64,000 nucleotides of DNA. Source: an uncultured Phycisphaerales bacterium (GTDB taxonomy: Bacteria > Planctomycetota > Phycisphaerae > Tepidisphaerales > Tepidisphaeraceae). The stretch covers positions 3,392,001 through 3,456,000 of the forward strand of contig CAVWVQ010000003.1 of NCBI GenBank assembly GCA_963758525.1, given 5' to 3'. Both the position numbers and the translations under genes were made by a program. Under the pieces are notes generated by a model. The model was given only the letters and a program-made list of their open reading frames with translations. It was not told the DNA's origin and made no database searches. Shown here piece by piece: positions 52,865 to 62,354 of this stretch (position 1 is its first letter; each line of letters opens with the position of its first letter).

Positions 52865-54336
52865 TCATTTTGTTCGCTCCGGCGAATGAAAAATGTGCCA
52901 GTCCGATCCCGGAGCGCTCGCCAGAAACGGGGCCGCCTCGGCATCCTCTTCCCAACCGGCGCGGCGCACTTCCTCCAGGGTGACTGCTCGATCGGAGTTT
53001 GCGTTCTTGGGACCATAGAGTGGATCCCAGATCAAAAGCGTCTCCGGCGGCGGGTGAAAGATCGTCGTCCGCGTCCAATCCTGCATCGACTTTCCACTGG
53101 GGCTCACGTCCAACGCATAGAAAAAACCCATGTGCGAGCAGAGCAGATAAGGGTAGCGCCGACGCGCATCGCTCTGCGAATACCACCGCGCGACGCGATC
53201 AGCCATCACCCAACTCGGCGGCGGACGCAAGGGAACGATCGGATGAAACGCGTTCAGCACCAGCGGCGCCAGCGCCGCAATTGCAGCCCAGCGAACTGGG
53301 ACCGGCCAGCCGAGCCGGTCAAAACACCACTGCCAGCCCCGACCCGAGAGAACTCCCCAGAACGGCGCCGCGATCAGCAGATATCGCGCTTCGCCGTAGC
53401 TCCCAAGTTTTCCTGTGGCATACAGAATCGTGTGTACCGAGAGCACAAACAGCGGAACCGCGGCCGTCACAACGCGAAGCCGCGTTCTCTCCGCGGCGCT
53501 GCGCCAAATTCCCAGCAGCGTCGCCGGCAGAATCAATGGTGAGACAACGATGGGAAGCTCCGCGACAAACGTCAGCGGATCGCCCGGGAAATACATGCTG
53601 TGCGTCGACCAGGGCCATTGCTTGATCAACCAATGCCACCACGGCCCCTGACGATAGTCGATGATCCACCCCGCGATATCCCATGTCAGCAGCGGCAGCG
53701 GCAAAATCGCCAGCCAGCGCCATTGCCGCCGCCAGATCAGCGCAGCCGCGATGATGAGGATAAATCCGAATCCTTCGGGCCGCGTGAGCGGCATCAACGC
53801 CGCGAGCAGCGCGACCAGGCCCCATCGTTCGGTTAGAAATGCGAGAAACGCGCCCCCGAGCAGCAGCGCGAAGGGCAGTTCCGTCATCGCGCTGAGCGAG
53901 TGAATAAATAACATCGGCTGCGCCAGCGTGAAGATCATCGCCAGGGCCGGCAGCCGATCGCCTTGATGGCGGGCGATGCGATAGCTGACGATGCCGCAGC
54001 CGATGGCCACCAGCGCGCTGGTGGCGCAGTCCCCAAACTTTCCGCCCAGGACCGCCGGCACCGCATAGAGCGCCGTGCAGACTGGCCGGCCCCACATGTC
54101 CACGAAATTGCCGGGAATTTGAAAGGCAAACCGCGCGCACAGATAGTGCGTGCATCCGTCCGCCTCTGGAAAGCCCCGCGAGTAGATCGCCGCCGGGAGC
54201 CACAACAACAGAAACACCGCGATCGCAATCGCCGCGATCTTCCAGTCGCGCAGACCTTCCCCCGCGGCACGGGCAGCCTGCCCGTGCGAGGTGCGTCTTG
54301 CTCAAGAGTGCCGCTGATACCCAATCTTCCTTCCAT
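52865..54336 (-). CDS. Polytopic membrane protein, possible GT-C glycosyltransferase (probable frameshift in the G-run near 54260)
   Basis: EADGCTHYLCAR, DMWGRP, MTELPFA, TRPEG motifs; ~10 TMs. Confidence 0.7.
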
Positions 54337-54380
54337 CCCTTGCGCCCAAGTCCGGCGCGGCGGGCATACCGAGAGCCAGC

Positions 54381-56291
54381 TCAGGATCGCGAAACCGAAG
54401 CGACCAGCAGCTCATTCACCCGTCGCGCAAAATCGGAAGGGTCCTGCACGCGCGACCCTTCCGCGATCACCGAAAGATCGTACAAAACCCGCGCGGCTGT
54501 CGCCAACCGTGACTCGTCCCCCTGGCCGTCCGCGACTGCCTGCATCGCCTTGACGACCGGATGCTCCGGATTCAACTCCAGAATTCGCTTCGATTCGGGG
54601 ATCTCGCTGCCTCGGCCCATTCGCCCAAGCAACCGCTCCATGTGAGCGCTGATCCCGCCGTCGTCGGCAACCAGACATGCCGCGCTCTCTTTCAACCGCG
54701 ACGAAATACGAATCTCCTTCACTTCGGGAACGTGCGGCTTGAGCTTCTCCACCAACGTCTTGAACTGCTCGGCTTCGGCCTTGAGTTTCTCCGCCGACGC
54801 TTCGTCCTTGGGAAGATCGCCACGGTCGGCGGCGTGCAGCGGCTTGTCCTTGTATGCCGGCAAAGACGCGACGAGAAACTCATCCACCGGATCGGTGAGC
54901 AGCAGCACTTCCTGCCCGTTCGCTTTGAAGGCTTCGAGATACGGAGAGCCTTCAATCAGCGCCCTGCTCTCGCCGATCAGATAGTAAATCTCTTTCTGAT
55001 CCGACTTCATCCCTTCCAGATATTTCGCCAGCGTCGTGTATTTGCCCGGCTCCGTCTTGGTCGACTGCAGCAGCAGCAGATCCGCCAGCCGCTCGCGATT
55101 GACGTAATCCTGCCCGACCCCCTCCTTCAGATACGCCCCGAACTCCTCGTAAAACTTCTGGTATTTCTCCGCTTCGCCCTCCTTCATCTCTTCAAGCGTC
55201 TTGAGGATGCGGTTGACGAGATTCGATTTGATCTTCGCCAGCAGCGGGTTGTGCTGCAGCGTCTCGCGTGAGACGTTCAACGGCAGATCCGCCGAATCGA
55301 CCACGCCGCGAATGAAGCGCAGATACGACGGAATCACCTCTTCGCAATCGTGCGTGATCAACACCCGCCGGACATACAGGTCGATCGACGATTTCTTCTC
55401 CGGCCCCGTCATCCAGTCGAACCCGCGCTTCTCCGGCACGAACAGCAGCGCGCGAAATTCCGTCGCGCCCTCAGCCGCAAGATGGATCGTCGTCAGCGGA
55501 TCGCCGCCGTCGCGGCTGATCTGCCGATAAAACGCGGCGTATTCCTCCGGCTTGATCTGGGCCTTGGGCCGCAGCCAAATCGCCTGGCGGGAGTTGAGCG
55601 TCTCCTCTTCGGTGGTTTTAGTCCCGTCCTTCTCCTTCTCGACATCCATCACCACCGGATGCTCGATGTAATCCGAGTAACGCTTCACAATGTCGCGCAA
55701 CCGCCATGGCGTCAGAAATTCCTTCGAGTCGTCCCGGAAATGCAGGATCACATCTGTCCCGCGCGTCGCCTTTTCTGCCGGCCCCACGCTGTACGTTCCC
55801 TGTCCATCACTTTCCCACCGCACCGGCTGCGCATCACTCCCCGCCGCTTTGGAGATCACCGTGACGCGATCCGCAACCATGAACGACGAATAGAACCCGA
55901 CGCCGAACTGCCCGATCAACTCGGGCCGATCCTGGGCATTGGCTTCCTTCAGGCTGTCGAGGAACGCCCGCGTCCCCGACTTGGCGATGGTGCCAAGGTT
56001 CTCGACGATCGCGTCATGCGTCATCCCGATGCCGTTATCGCTGACGGTGAGCGTCCCGGCTTTTTCGTCGGGAATCAGTTTGATCTTCCATTCGCTTCCC
56101 GCCTCGGCCAGCGACGGATCTTTGAGCGACTCAAATCGCAGCTTGTCGATCGCGTCCGCCGCGTTGCTGATCAATTCGCGAAGAAAGATTTCCTTCTTCG
56201 TGTAGAGCGAATGAATGATCAGATCGAGGAGTTGCTTGAGTTCGGTCTTGAATTCCAGTTTTTCAGTTGGCTCAGATTGCGCAACAGTCAT
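54381..56291 (-). CDS. htpG: Molecular chaperone HtpG (Hsp90)
   Basis: SLYTKKEIFLRELISNAADA, DNGIGMT, IGQFGVGFYS, LPLNVSRE. Confidence 0.98.
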   Translation of the reverse strand: MTVAQSEPTEKLEFKTELKQLLDLIIHSLYTKKEIFLRELISNAADAIDKLRFESLKDPSLAEAGSEWKIKLIPDEKAGTLTVSDNGIGMTHDAIVENLGTIAKSGTRAFLDSLKEANAQDRPELIGQFGVGFYSSFMVADRVTVISKAAGSDAQPVRWESDGQGTYSVGPAEKATRGTDVILHFRDDSKEFLTPWRLRDIVKRYSDYIEHPVVMDVEKEKDGTKTTEEETLNSRQAIWLRPKAQIKPEEYAAFYRQISRDGGDPLTTIHLAAEGATEFRALLFVPEKRGFDWMTGPEKKSSIDLYVRRVLITHDCEEVIPSYLRFIRGVVDSADLPLNVSRETLQHNPLLAKIKSNLVNRILKTLEEMKEGEAEKYQKFYEEFGAYLKEGVGQDYVNRERLADLLLLQSTKTEPGKYTTLAKYLEGMKSDQKEIYYLIGESRALIEGSPYLEAFKANGQEVLLLTDPVDEFLVASLPAYKDKPLHAADRGDLPKDEASAEKLKAEAEQFKTLVEKLKPHVPEVKEIRISSRLKESAACLVADDGGISAHMERLLGRMGRGSEIPESKRILELNPEHPVVKAMQAVADGQGDESRLATAARVLYDLSVIAEGSRVQDPSDFARRVNELLVASVSRS

Positions 56292-57176
56292 TCGATGGCC
56301 TCCGCTTTCGTTAGTTGGGTGCAGTTGTGCGAGCCTGTCCACTGATCAAAGAGCGTGCCGCCCCTGGCGTTTCGTAAGACCTTTCCAAGCTGTAGTTTAC
56401 AAGAGGACATCGACATCCCGCTCTGCCAGAATTGCAGTTTCCCCGCCGTCTGAGCTCGCAAAGGCAGTCTGAAATTCCCTAAACAGTCCCCCTTCCTCCC
56501 CTTCGTGCCGCAGCAAGGTCCCGCGCGCCGGGGTCCCTTCGTGCCTTCGTCCCTTCTTCCAGCAATGCGACATCGCGCGACAGATTTTGCAGCGCCGCAT
56601 GTCGCATCCGGCATCCAACTCCTTGCCATGCCACGGGATACTTCCCGTCCCCGCGCGACACCGCGCGCAACAGTTGCGCGCCGAACGCTGAAAACGAGGC
56701 ATCGTCGGTCGCTGGACCCCGTGCGAGATTGATTGGCCTCCGGCGCCTCATCGCCCGGCGATTTCGTCTGCCCCGGCTCAACGAAAACTCCAAGTGCTTT
56801 GGGCAAGTTTTGATTCATGGCGTCGAACCTACGAAATCCCCCCTTTGCGAAGCGACATTTACTGCCGGCCGAATCTGTAATCAGAAAGCCCCGACCTCAG
56901 CTTCACCTTGTAAAGTGGCACGAAATGGCACGAATTGGCACACTTTTGAAGTTGCTCTGTGCCGATCGAGGAGGAAGTGAATGTTGACAAAGCCATCAAA
57001 TTTCATCTCACACGTACTGTCAGCGGAACTCCTCCTCGTTTAGCCGGCGGGCATGCCCGCCGTGTCGCCGCAGGCGAAAAAACTATTTCCGGAAACTCCG
57101 TGGAGTACCGCGGATCCCGGCGAGCATGCTCGCCGGCTAAACAGCCCCCCTTCTTCCCCTTCGTGCCGCAGTGATA

Positions 57177-57410
57177 TCAGCGAGGAAATGCATCTTCCTC
57201 GTCAAAGATTTCGGCGATCTTCTCGTTTGTGAGGTGCAGCGACCCGGGTCTATCCGAGTCGACCATAGGCAACTTCACCCGGTGCCCGGCTTTCTTTTCC
57301 GCTCCAGCCGGCGCCAGGTCATAGACGATGCGCACCACGGCACCTTCGGGGAGATGCGCATCTCCCTGCGGAATGATCACCCCATGATTGACGCGACCCA
57401 GCAACTCCAT
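57177..57410 (-). CDS. Orphan antitoxin-like protein (DUF104/AF2212-like)
   Basis: MELLGRVNHGVII...LPEGAVVRI; no downstream toxin. Confidence 0.6.
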   Translation of the reverse strand: MELLGRVNHGVIIPQGDAHLPEGAVVRIVYDLAPAGAEKKAGHRVKLPMVDSDRPGSLHLTNEKIAEIFDEEDAFPR

Positions 57411-57412
57411 GG

Positions 57413-57643
57413 TCAAATTGTACGCCGCGGCGCCGGAAACGGGAAACGGATCCGCGGGGACCACGATCGCCCGCCCTGCTTCGTCGCCTCCGGCCGGCGC
57501 GGCGCGCGGCGAACCGTCTGGCGACCCTCCTGATCCTGCTGGCGGCGCAAGTCGGCGGCGATCGCGTGAACGTCATAGTTGAACGACGCGGCGTATTGCT
57601 CGCGATCGCGTCGAACAGCCTCGACAATCGGGTCATCGTTCAT
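57413..57643 (-). CDS. Small antitoxin-like protein (partner of a PIN toxin)
   Basis: MNDDPIVEAVRRDREQYAASFNYDVHAIAADLRRQQ, typical of ORFs following VYIETT-type PIN toxins. Confidence 0.6.
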   Translation of the reverse strand: MNDDPIVEAVRRDREQYAASFNYDVHAIAADLRRQQDQEGRQTVRRAPRRPEATKQGGRSWSPRIRFPFPAPRRTI

Positions 57644-57739
57644 GGGGTCGTCCTGCTGAGCGAGTCGAATGACATCCCGGCTCGGCCAGGCGGTCAGGTA
57701 GCTGAGTATCGTCGTCTCGATGTAAACGGTCGGTTTCAA
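57644..57739 (-). pseudogene. PIN/VapC toxin N-terminal fragment (internal deletion)
   Basis: MKPTVYIETTILSYLTAWPSRDVIRLAQQ; only ~30 aa remain before an in-frame join to the partner gene. Confidence 0.7.
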
Positions 57740-57874
57740 CGGCCGTCATTATAACGTGCCGACAACCGATCCATTACAGGAGAGCTGTGCGGGACACCTT
57801 ATCGAACCGGACAGAGAATTTCCTCCTCAATCTACGCTTGCGTAACATTAGAGTGCGGCAACCAGTGACAACAA

Positions 57875-58255
57875 ATGAGTCGCGGCAAATCCAATTCGCG
57901 CGAGCGTGAGATCCGAAAGGCTCGGCGTCTGCTCTCGGATGAGCAACTCTTGTCGCTCCTGCGGGCGATGAGGCGGCCCGGGCAGTCGTCGTTTGCGGTG
58001 GAGCAGATCAATGCCGACCTGAACCAGGGACAGATGCTCGATCAGATCTTTTACACGGGGGAGAGCGACGGCTTCCATCTGAAGATCACGCGGCAGGCCG
58101 CCTCGCGCCTGCAAATCGAATTCTCATGGACATTCCAGCAGACACTCGGAAACTCGACGTCGTTCAGTGAAGGGGCCGGCGGAACGTGGTTCGTGGAAGT
58201 CGACGCATCAGGTGCGGTGCGATTGCTGGACGGCGCGATGATTTGGATGAGTTGA
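57875..58255 (+). CDS. Hypothetical protein, paralog of 58892-59251
   Basis: Identical first 25 aa (MSRGKSNSREREIRKARRLLSDEQL) and a shared DQIFYTGxSDGF motif. Confidence 0.75.
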   Translation: MSRGKSNSREREIRKARRLLSDEQLLSLLRAMRRPGQSSFAVEQINADLNQGQMLDQIFYTGESDGFHLKITRQAASRLQIEFSWTFQQTLGNSTSFSEGAGGTWFVEVDASGAVRLLDGAMIWMS

Positions 58256-58281
58256 AGGTTTCGCGCAACGCGCTCAGCGTG

Positions 58282-58599
58282 CTACGGCAGTTCCAAGCGA
58301 CGGTATTCGCCCGGTCGTATTGACGAGATCGCAGACTGAATAAGGCCGACGTTCGTGACGATTCGACGAAGCTTGTTTGTTGAGAGCTCAAGAATCGCTA
58401 TCCGACGCCCGGCGAGATTCTGCTGATACGCGAGGTTCTGATCGGAGGTGATGAAGAGATCAAACGTCGGCTCGGCGAGGCGGAGTAGTTCGCCATTTCT
58501 AACGCCAGCCCAACCACAGAGCTGAACCGGCCGGCATTCATGGCCGGTTAGATATTTGGCTAATGGCCAAGGCACACACTCATCGAGCAGGATCTTCAC
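58282..58599 (-). CDS. DUF5615 PIN-like toxin
   Basis: KILLDECVP, GWAGVRNGELL, FITSDQNLAYQQNL; GTG start overlapping the DUF433 stop. Confidence 0.88.
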   Translation of the reverse strand: MKILLDECVPWPLAKYLTGHECRPVQLCGWAGVRNGELLRLAEPTFDLFITSDQNLAYQQNLAGRRIAILELSTNKLRRIVTNVGLIQSAISSIRPGEYRRLELP

Positions 58600-58814
58600 G
58601 GCGCCGCCGGCGCGAGAAGAGCGGACTCGGATCTTTCCAGCACGCGACACGCCATCTCACGCGTCACCGTCGGAAAGCATTCGAGAAACTCATCGAGCGC
58701 GTAGTCGTCTTCAAGGTAGTCGAACAGCGACTTGACCGGAACGCGCGTTCCCCTGAAGACCGGCGTGCCTCCGAGAATTTCCGGGTCGATGGTGATGAGA
58801 TCGCGGGCGTCCAT
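58596..58814 (-). CDS. DUF433 antitoxin
   Basis: ITIDPEILGGTPVFRGTRVPVKSLFDYL...FPTV. Confidence 0.92.
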   Translation of the reverse strand: MDARDLITIDPEILGGTPVFRGTRVPVKSLFDYLEDDYALDEFLECFPTVTREMACRVLERSESALLAPAAP

Positions 58815-58891
58815 GGCCCTGAATTTTAGCAGGTCTCTTGAGGCACTGCAAAATATGCTGGATGCCTGGGGGCGGCTAAAAGTGGAGACAA

Positions 58892-59251
58892 ATGAGTCGC
58901 GGCAAATCCAATTCGCGCGAGCGTGAGATTCGGAAGGCCCGCCGTCTGCTCTCCGACGAACAACTGGTAGCGATTTTCCGCGCGATCGAGCGGAGCCCGG
59001 AAACGAACATCTTCGCGGTTACGCTCGCGAACGAAGAGCTGAGCCGGGGACAATCACCGGACCAGATCTTCTACACCGGCGCCAGCGACGGCTTCGTCCT
59101 GAGCGTCAAAAGACTTTCCTCGTCACGGGTCGAAATCGACTTCGGCTACGTCCCGGTCCCACTCGCCGGCGATGGGGGCGCCTGGGTCGTGCAACTTGAC
59201 GAAGCCCGAGACGTGCGATCGGTGCAGAATAAAATCTGCTGGACAAGCTGA
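58892..59251 (+). CDS. Hypothetical protein, paralog of 57875-58255
   Basis: GGAG RBS; shared N-terminus and DQIFYTG motif. Confidence 0.75.
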   Translation: MSRGKSNSREREIRKARRLLSDEQLVAIFRAIERSPETNIFAVTLANEELSRGQSPDQIFYTGASDGFVLSVKRLSSSRVEIDFGYVPVPLAGDGGAWVVQLDEARDVRSVQNKICWTS

Positions 59252-59296
59252 GGCCCTTCGTCACTCGCGGTGTTCCATTTCATGCGCCGGCGCCCC

Positions 59297-59416
59297 AAAG
59301 CCAACGGATTGCCATCCGTTGGGCATTTTCTGCGAGGGAACGAGGGGAGCGATGGGAAAAAACGCGGGATTGCAAATGGGAAATCGGGGAACAGCGGATG
59401 GCAATCCGTTGGCTTT
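59297..59416. repeat. AAAG-footed REP inverted pair next to the RAYT-like gene
   Basis: aaagccaacggattgccatccgttgg (59297) and its inverse at 59391-59416; a third copy at 60703-60728. Confidence 0.85.
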
Positions 59417-59876
59417 ATTGGGGAAACGGACCGGCGCGATCGAATCTCCAGACCCGGGCCCCGCGCTTCGCGTGATCGAGAATGTATCCAAATGCTTCGA
59501 CCTGATGCCCCCGGTCGGCGATCGGCTCAGCGCGCGAGCGCTTCGCCCACAATCCGCCCTTGGCGCTGCGAAGGCCCAACTGACGAACGGAGTGCGACGC
59601 GTGCTTCTTTGCAAGGCCGATCCAGTGTCTGGGTTTGTGATCGGGGAAGCGAGCGAGGACGTGGAGGTGCCGGGAATCCAGCGAGACAATGAGAACTTCA
59701 ATCCCGTTGCGACTCAGGTTTTCCGCGATGGCATCAGCAACGAACTGCCGAAGTTCCGTTGCGATGCGCACCGCGTCACGCTGCATGAGCGCTTTGGAGA
59801 GTTCGTGCAGATTGTGGTACTTGCCCTTGGGCGGCGGATGCTTGTACTCACCGTCCACATGTTCGGGATGGTGCAC
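59415..59876 (-). mobile_element. IS200-like Y1 HUH / RAYT-type transposase, N-terminally truncated or short
   Basis: HLHVL HUH motif, GGLWAKRS, FGYILDH (catalytic Tyr helix); REPs adjacent. Confidence 0.7.
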
Positions 59877-59963
59877 ACTACTATCTCCGTCGCTCGTGGC
59901 ATTGAATTCGAAAGGGCACGGCTCGCAAGCGAACCGGCTAAAAGTGCAGACTGCGCTAGTAAA

Positions 59964-60656
59964 GAGATCCGACGTTCGCAAAACTGGATCGGCGGTACGC
60001 GGCCCGGCAACGCCCGGTTCGTCCCGCCGCCGCCGGACGAAGTGGCCGGTGCGATGTCGGCGCTGGAGAAGTGGATTCATGCTACGGACCCGCTGCCACC
60101 GCTGGTGAGGGTGGGCTTGGCCCACGTCCAGTTCGAGACCATTCATCCATTTCTGGACGGCAACGGCCGTATCGGTCGACTGTTGATCGCGCTGCTCGCG
60201 GAGCACTGGGGCCTTCTCAAACTGCCGCTGTTGTACCTCAGCGTAGCGTTCAAACGGCACCGCGAGGAGTATTACCGGCTGCTCGGTGCGGTTCGGACCC
60301 AAGGCGATTGGGAAGGCTGGACGGGCTATTTTCTGGACTGCGTCCGCGAAGCCGCCCAGGACGGCGTGTCGGCGGCGCAGCGACTGTTTTTGCTGATTGG
60401 CAAAGACCGCATTCGGCTGGCGAACCATCCCTCGGCCACCGTTGCGGCCATCCGGCTCTTCGACCAGATGCCCGCCCACCCCATCGTCACCCTGGCAACG
60501 GCGATCAAGCTGCTCAACGTGACGAAGCCGACGGCAGGCAAAGCGATCGACGCACTCAGGCAAGCCCGAATTCTCCGCGAAACCACCGGCAGGAAGCGAG
60601 ACCGTGTGTACGCGTACGATGCCTACCTGAAGGTGCTGACCACCGATACGGGGTGA
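59964..60656 (+). pseudogene. Fic-family protein, 5'-truncated
   Basis: EIRRSQNWIGG, HVQFETIHPFLDGNGRIGR, C-terminal HTH; no N-terminal domain or convincing start. Confidence 0.8.
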
Positions 60657-60843
60657 TATCCTGATTGGAGCAGCAGACAGGCGCGAGTCACTGACGGGAG
60701 GACCAACGGATGGCAATCCGTTGGCTTTCCGAGGGCGGCAAGAGCGGGTCTGGGCTGACGCGACTGCGCTGACGCGATAACTGCGCGGCGGTGCCATTGG
60801 TATGATGGTGGCCGCGCTCGGCTCCGTTTCTTAAAATTTCCGC

Positions 60844-61668
60844 ATGATCTTCGGCCATATCATTTTGGAAGCGCGCCCGAGCGACAGCAATAGCGTCCTC
60901 ACCGCGCTCCTGCCGATCATTGTGGTGACGGCGATTGTCGTCGTGCGGCGCTCGAACCGGCCCAAGCGACGGGCGGCGGCGGCGACGAAGCCGGCGGCGA
61001 CATTTGTTCCCACCACGCACCCGGTGATTATGCCGCGGGCCGGCGGCGGGACGCCGTCGCGGGTTTTGTCGCCGATTGAATCGATCCGTCACCTCCTGGG
61101 GCCGGCGCCGCGGACGTTTGATCCGGGTCTTGGCTCGTATCTCACGGTGTTGCCGCCGAAGTGGCTGGAGAAAAGCCCGGCGGATGAGATGTGGCTCAAT
61201 GTCAAACACCAGGAGCGCGTGCGGCGCGATGGGCAAGTCGTGTGGGCGACGATCGTCCAGGCCAATAACAATCTCTTCAAACTGATCGCGGCCGAATCGG
61301 GCGCATCGGTGATCTACAGCCCCGACCCCTTTTTTGACGGCACGCGCGTCATGCTTCGGTCGATCGCCGGCCAGTGTTTCGCCACGAAGGGAACCGACCC
61401 GGCCGACCCGGAATCCGCCGTCTTTGCACGGATGCTCACCAATGAGATGACGCGTGGCATGCGATTGAAGGTGCCTGGCGCTTTCACCAGCGGCCGGCAG
61501 GTCTTTCACTCGTCGATGCTGATGCCGCGCAAGCACCTGCCCAAAGGCGTTCTCTCGGGGAGTTTCTTCCCTGTGTGGATCGATCCGCAAAATACCGGGG
61601 CGGTGGTCATGGTTCCCGCCGCCTACTGGCCGGCGAGTCTTACCGCCGAGTGGGATAAGCCCGGATGA
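60844..61668 (+). CDS. Membrane-anchored hypothetical protein
   Basis: N-terminal TM, VWATIVQANNNLF motif; TAAAAT -10 box 6 nt upstream. Confidence 0.7.
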   Translation: MIFGHIILEARPSDSNSVLTALLPIIVVTAIVVVRRSNRPKRRAAAATKPAATFVPTTHPVIMPRAGGGTPSRVLSPIESIRHLLGPAPRTFDPGLGSYLTVLPPKWLEKSPADEMWLNVKHQERVRRDGQVVWATIVQANNNLFKLIAAESGASVIYSPDPFFDGTRVMLRSIAGQCFATKGTDPADPESAVFARMLTNEMTRGMRLKVPGAFTSGRQVFHSSMLMPRKHLPKGVLSGSFFPVWIDPQNTGAVVMVPAAYWPASLTAEWDKPG

Positions 61669-61677
61669 AGACACTGA

Positions 61678-61948
61678 CCCTCACCCCGACCGTCTCCCGG
61701 ACTTTTTCATGGGGGCCCCACGCCCAGAGAGAGTGAAATGGGGTTGCTCTGGCATTGGGTGGCGTGGGTGGCGTCTCTTTTCAGAGCAGAAATGTCCAAG
61801 GCCCAATGGCCAACAAAGCCCCAAGGTCCAAGGCCCAAGGTTGGTTCTCCCACTGGTCATTGCGATTTGGGATTTTGTTGGCCATTGGGCCTTGGACATT
61901 TCTGGGTCTCCCACATCTCTTTTCGGAGCAGTACCGGGAGAGGGGGGG
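61678..61948. repeat. Nested repeat: ccctctccc-type REP split by an insert carrying a perfect 31-bp inverted repeat
   Basis: IR at 61787-61817 / 61874-61904; 16-bp near-direct repeat at 61774-61789 / 61916-61931. Confidence 0.75.
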
Positions 61949-62163
61949 AAAGTGCTTGATCGCCCCTATCAATCCCCACATTCCCCTCGCAATTGGGTGT
62001 AACTTTTATTTGTGGCGATTGCAGATTTTGCGATCGTAGGGCGGGATTCATCCCGCCGTTTTCTCAGCCGGCCAACAAATCGGCGGGATGACTCCCGCCC
62101 TACTCGGAGCCGATCGCCACTTTCGAGCGCCACACCCTCGCAATCGCATTTCCCGCCGTCGCA

Positions 62164-62191
62164 TTGACCCTCGCGCGGTGGCAGCTATGAT
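62164..62191 (+). promoter_or_regulatory. Sigma70-type promoter for the cimA leader
   Basis: TTGACC-N16-TATGAT; predicted +1 coincides with the leader ATG at 62199. Confidence 0.6.
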
Positions 62192-62198
62192 TGCACCT

Positions 62199-62261
62199 AT
62201 GCATCGGCGGACGATTCGAATTGCCCCGGCCACGATTATGATCGCGATCCATCGCGGGTGA
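62199..62261 (+). CDS. Ile-rich attenuator leader peptide MHRRTIRIAPATIMIAIHRG
   Basis: 5 Ile in 20 codons; directly followed by antiterminator/terminator structures and cimA. Confidence 0.75.
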   Translation: MHRRTIRIAPATIMIAIHRG

Positions 62262-62291
62262 GGGCTATTCGTTGATCGAATACAGTGAGAC

Positions 62292-62322
62292 AGCCCTGCC
62301 CCGCCGGCAGGGCTTCTTTTTT
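62292..62322 (+). terminator. Attenuator terminator upstream of cimA
   Basis: agccctgcc-ccgcc-ggcagggct followed by tctttttt. Confidence 0.85.
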
Positions 62323-62354
62323 AACTTGGTTTTCCAGTTTAATCAGGTGCTTTC

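Noticed and set aside
56916..56950. tggcac repeats as a sigma54 promoter
   Set aside because: The -12 TTGC element is not matched (TTGA) and no clear downstream gene follows
59172..60797. 494-aa (+) and 460-aa (-) overlapping ORFs as genuine long proteins
   Set aside because: Each is a chimera of one real coding segment (Fic or RAYT) and the antisense of the other
57100..61700. Small-gene patch as an integron cassette array
   Set aside because: Genes are in mixed orientations and no attC-like RYYYAAC...GTTRRRY sites were recognised
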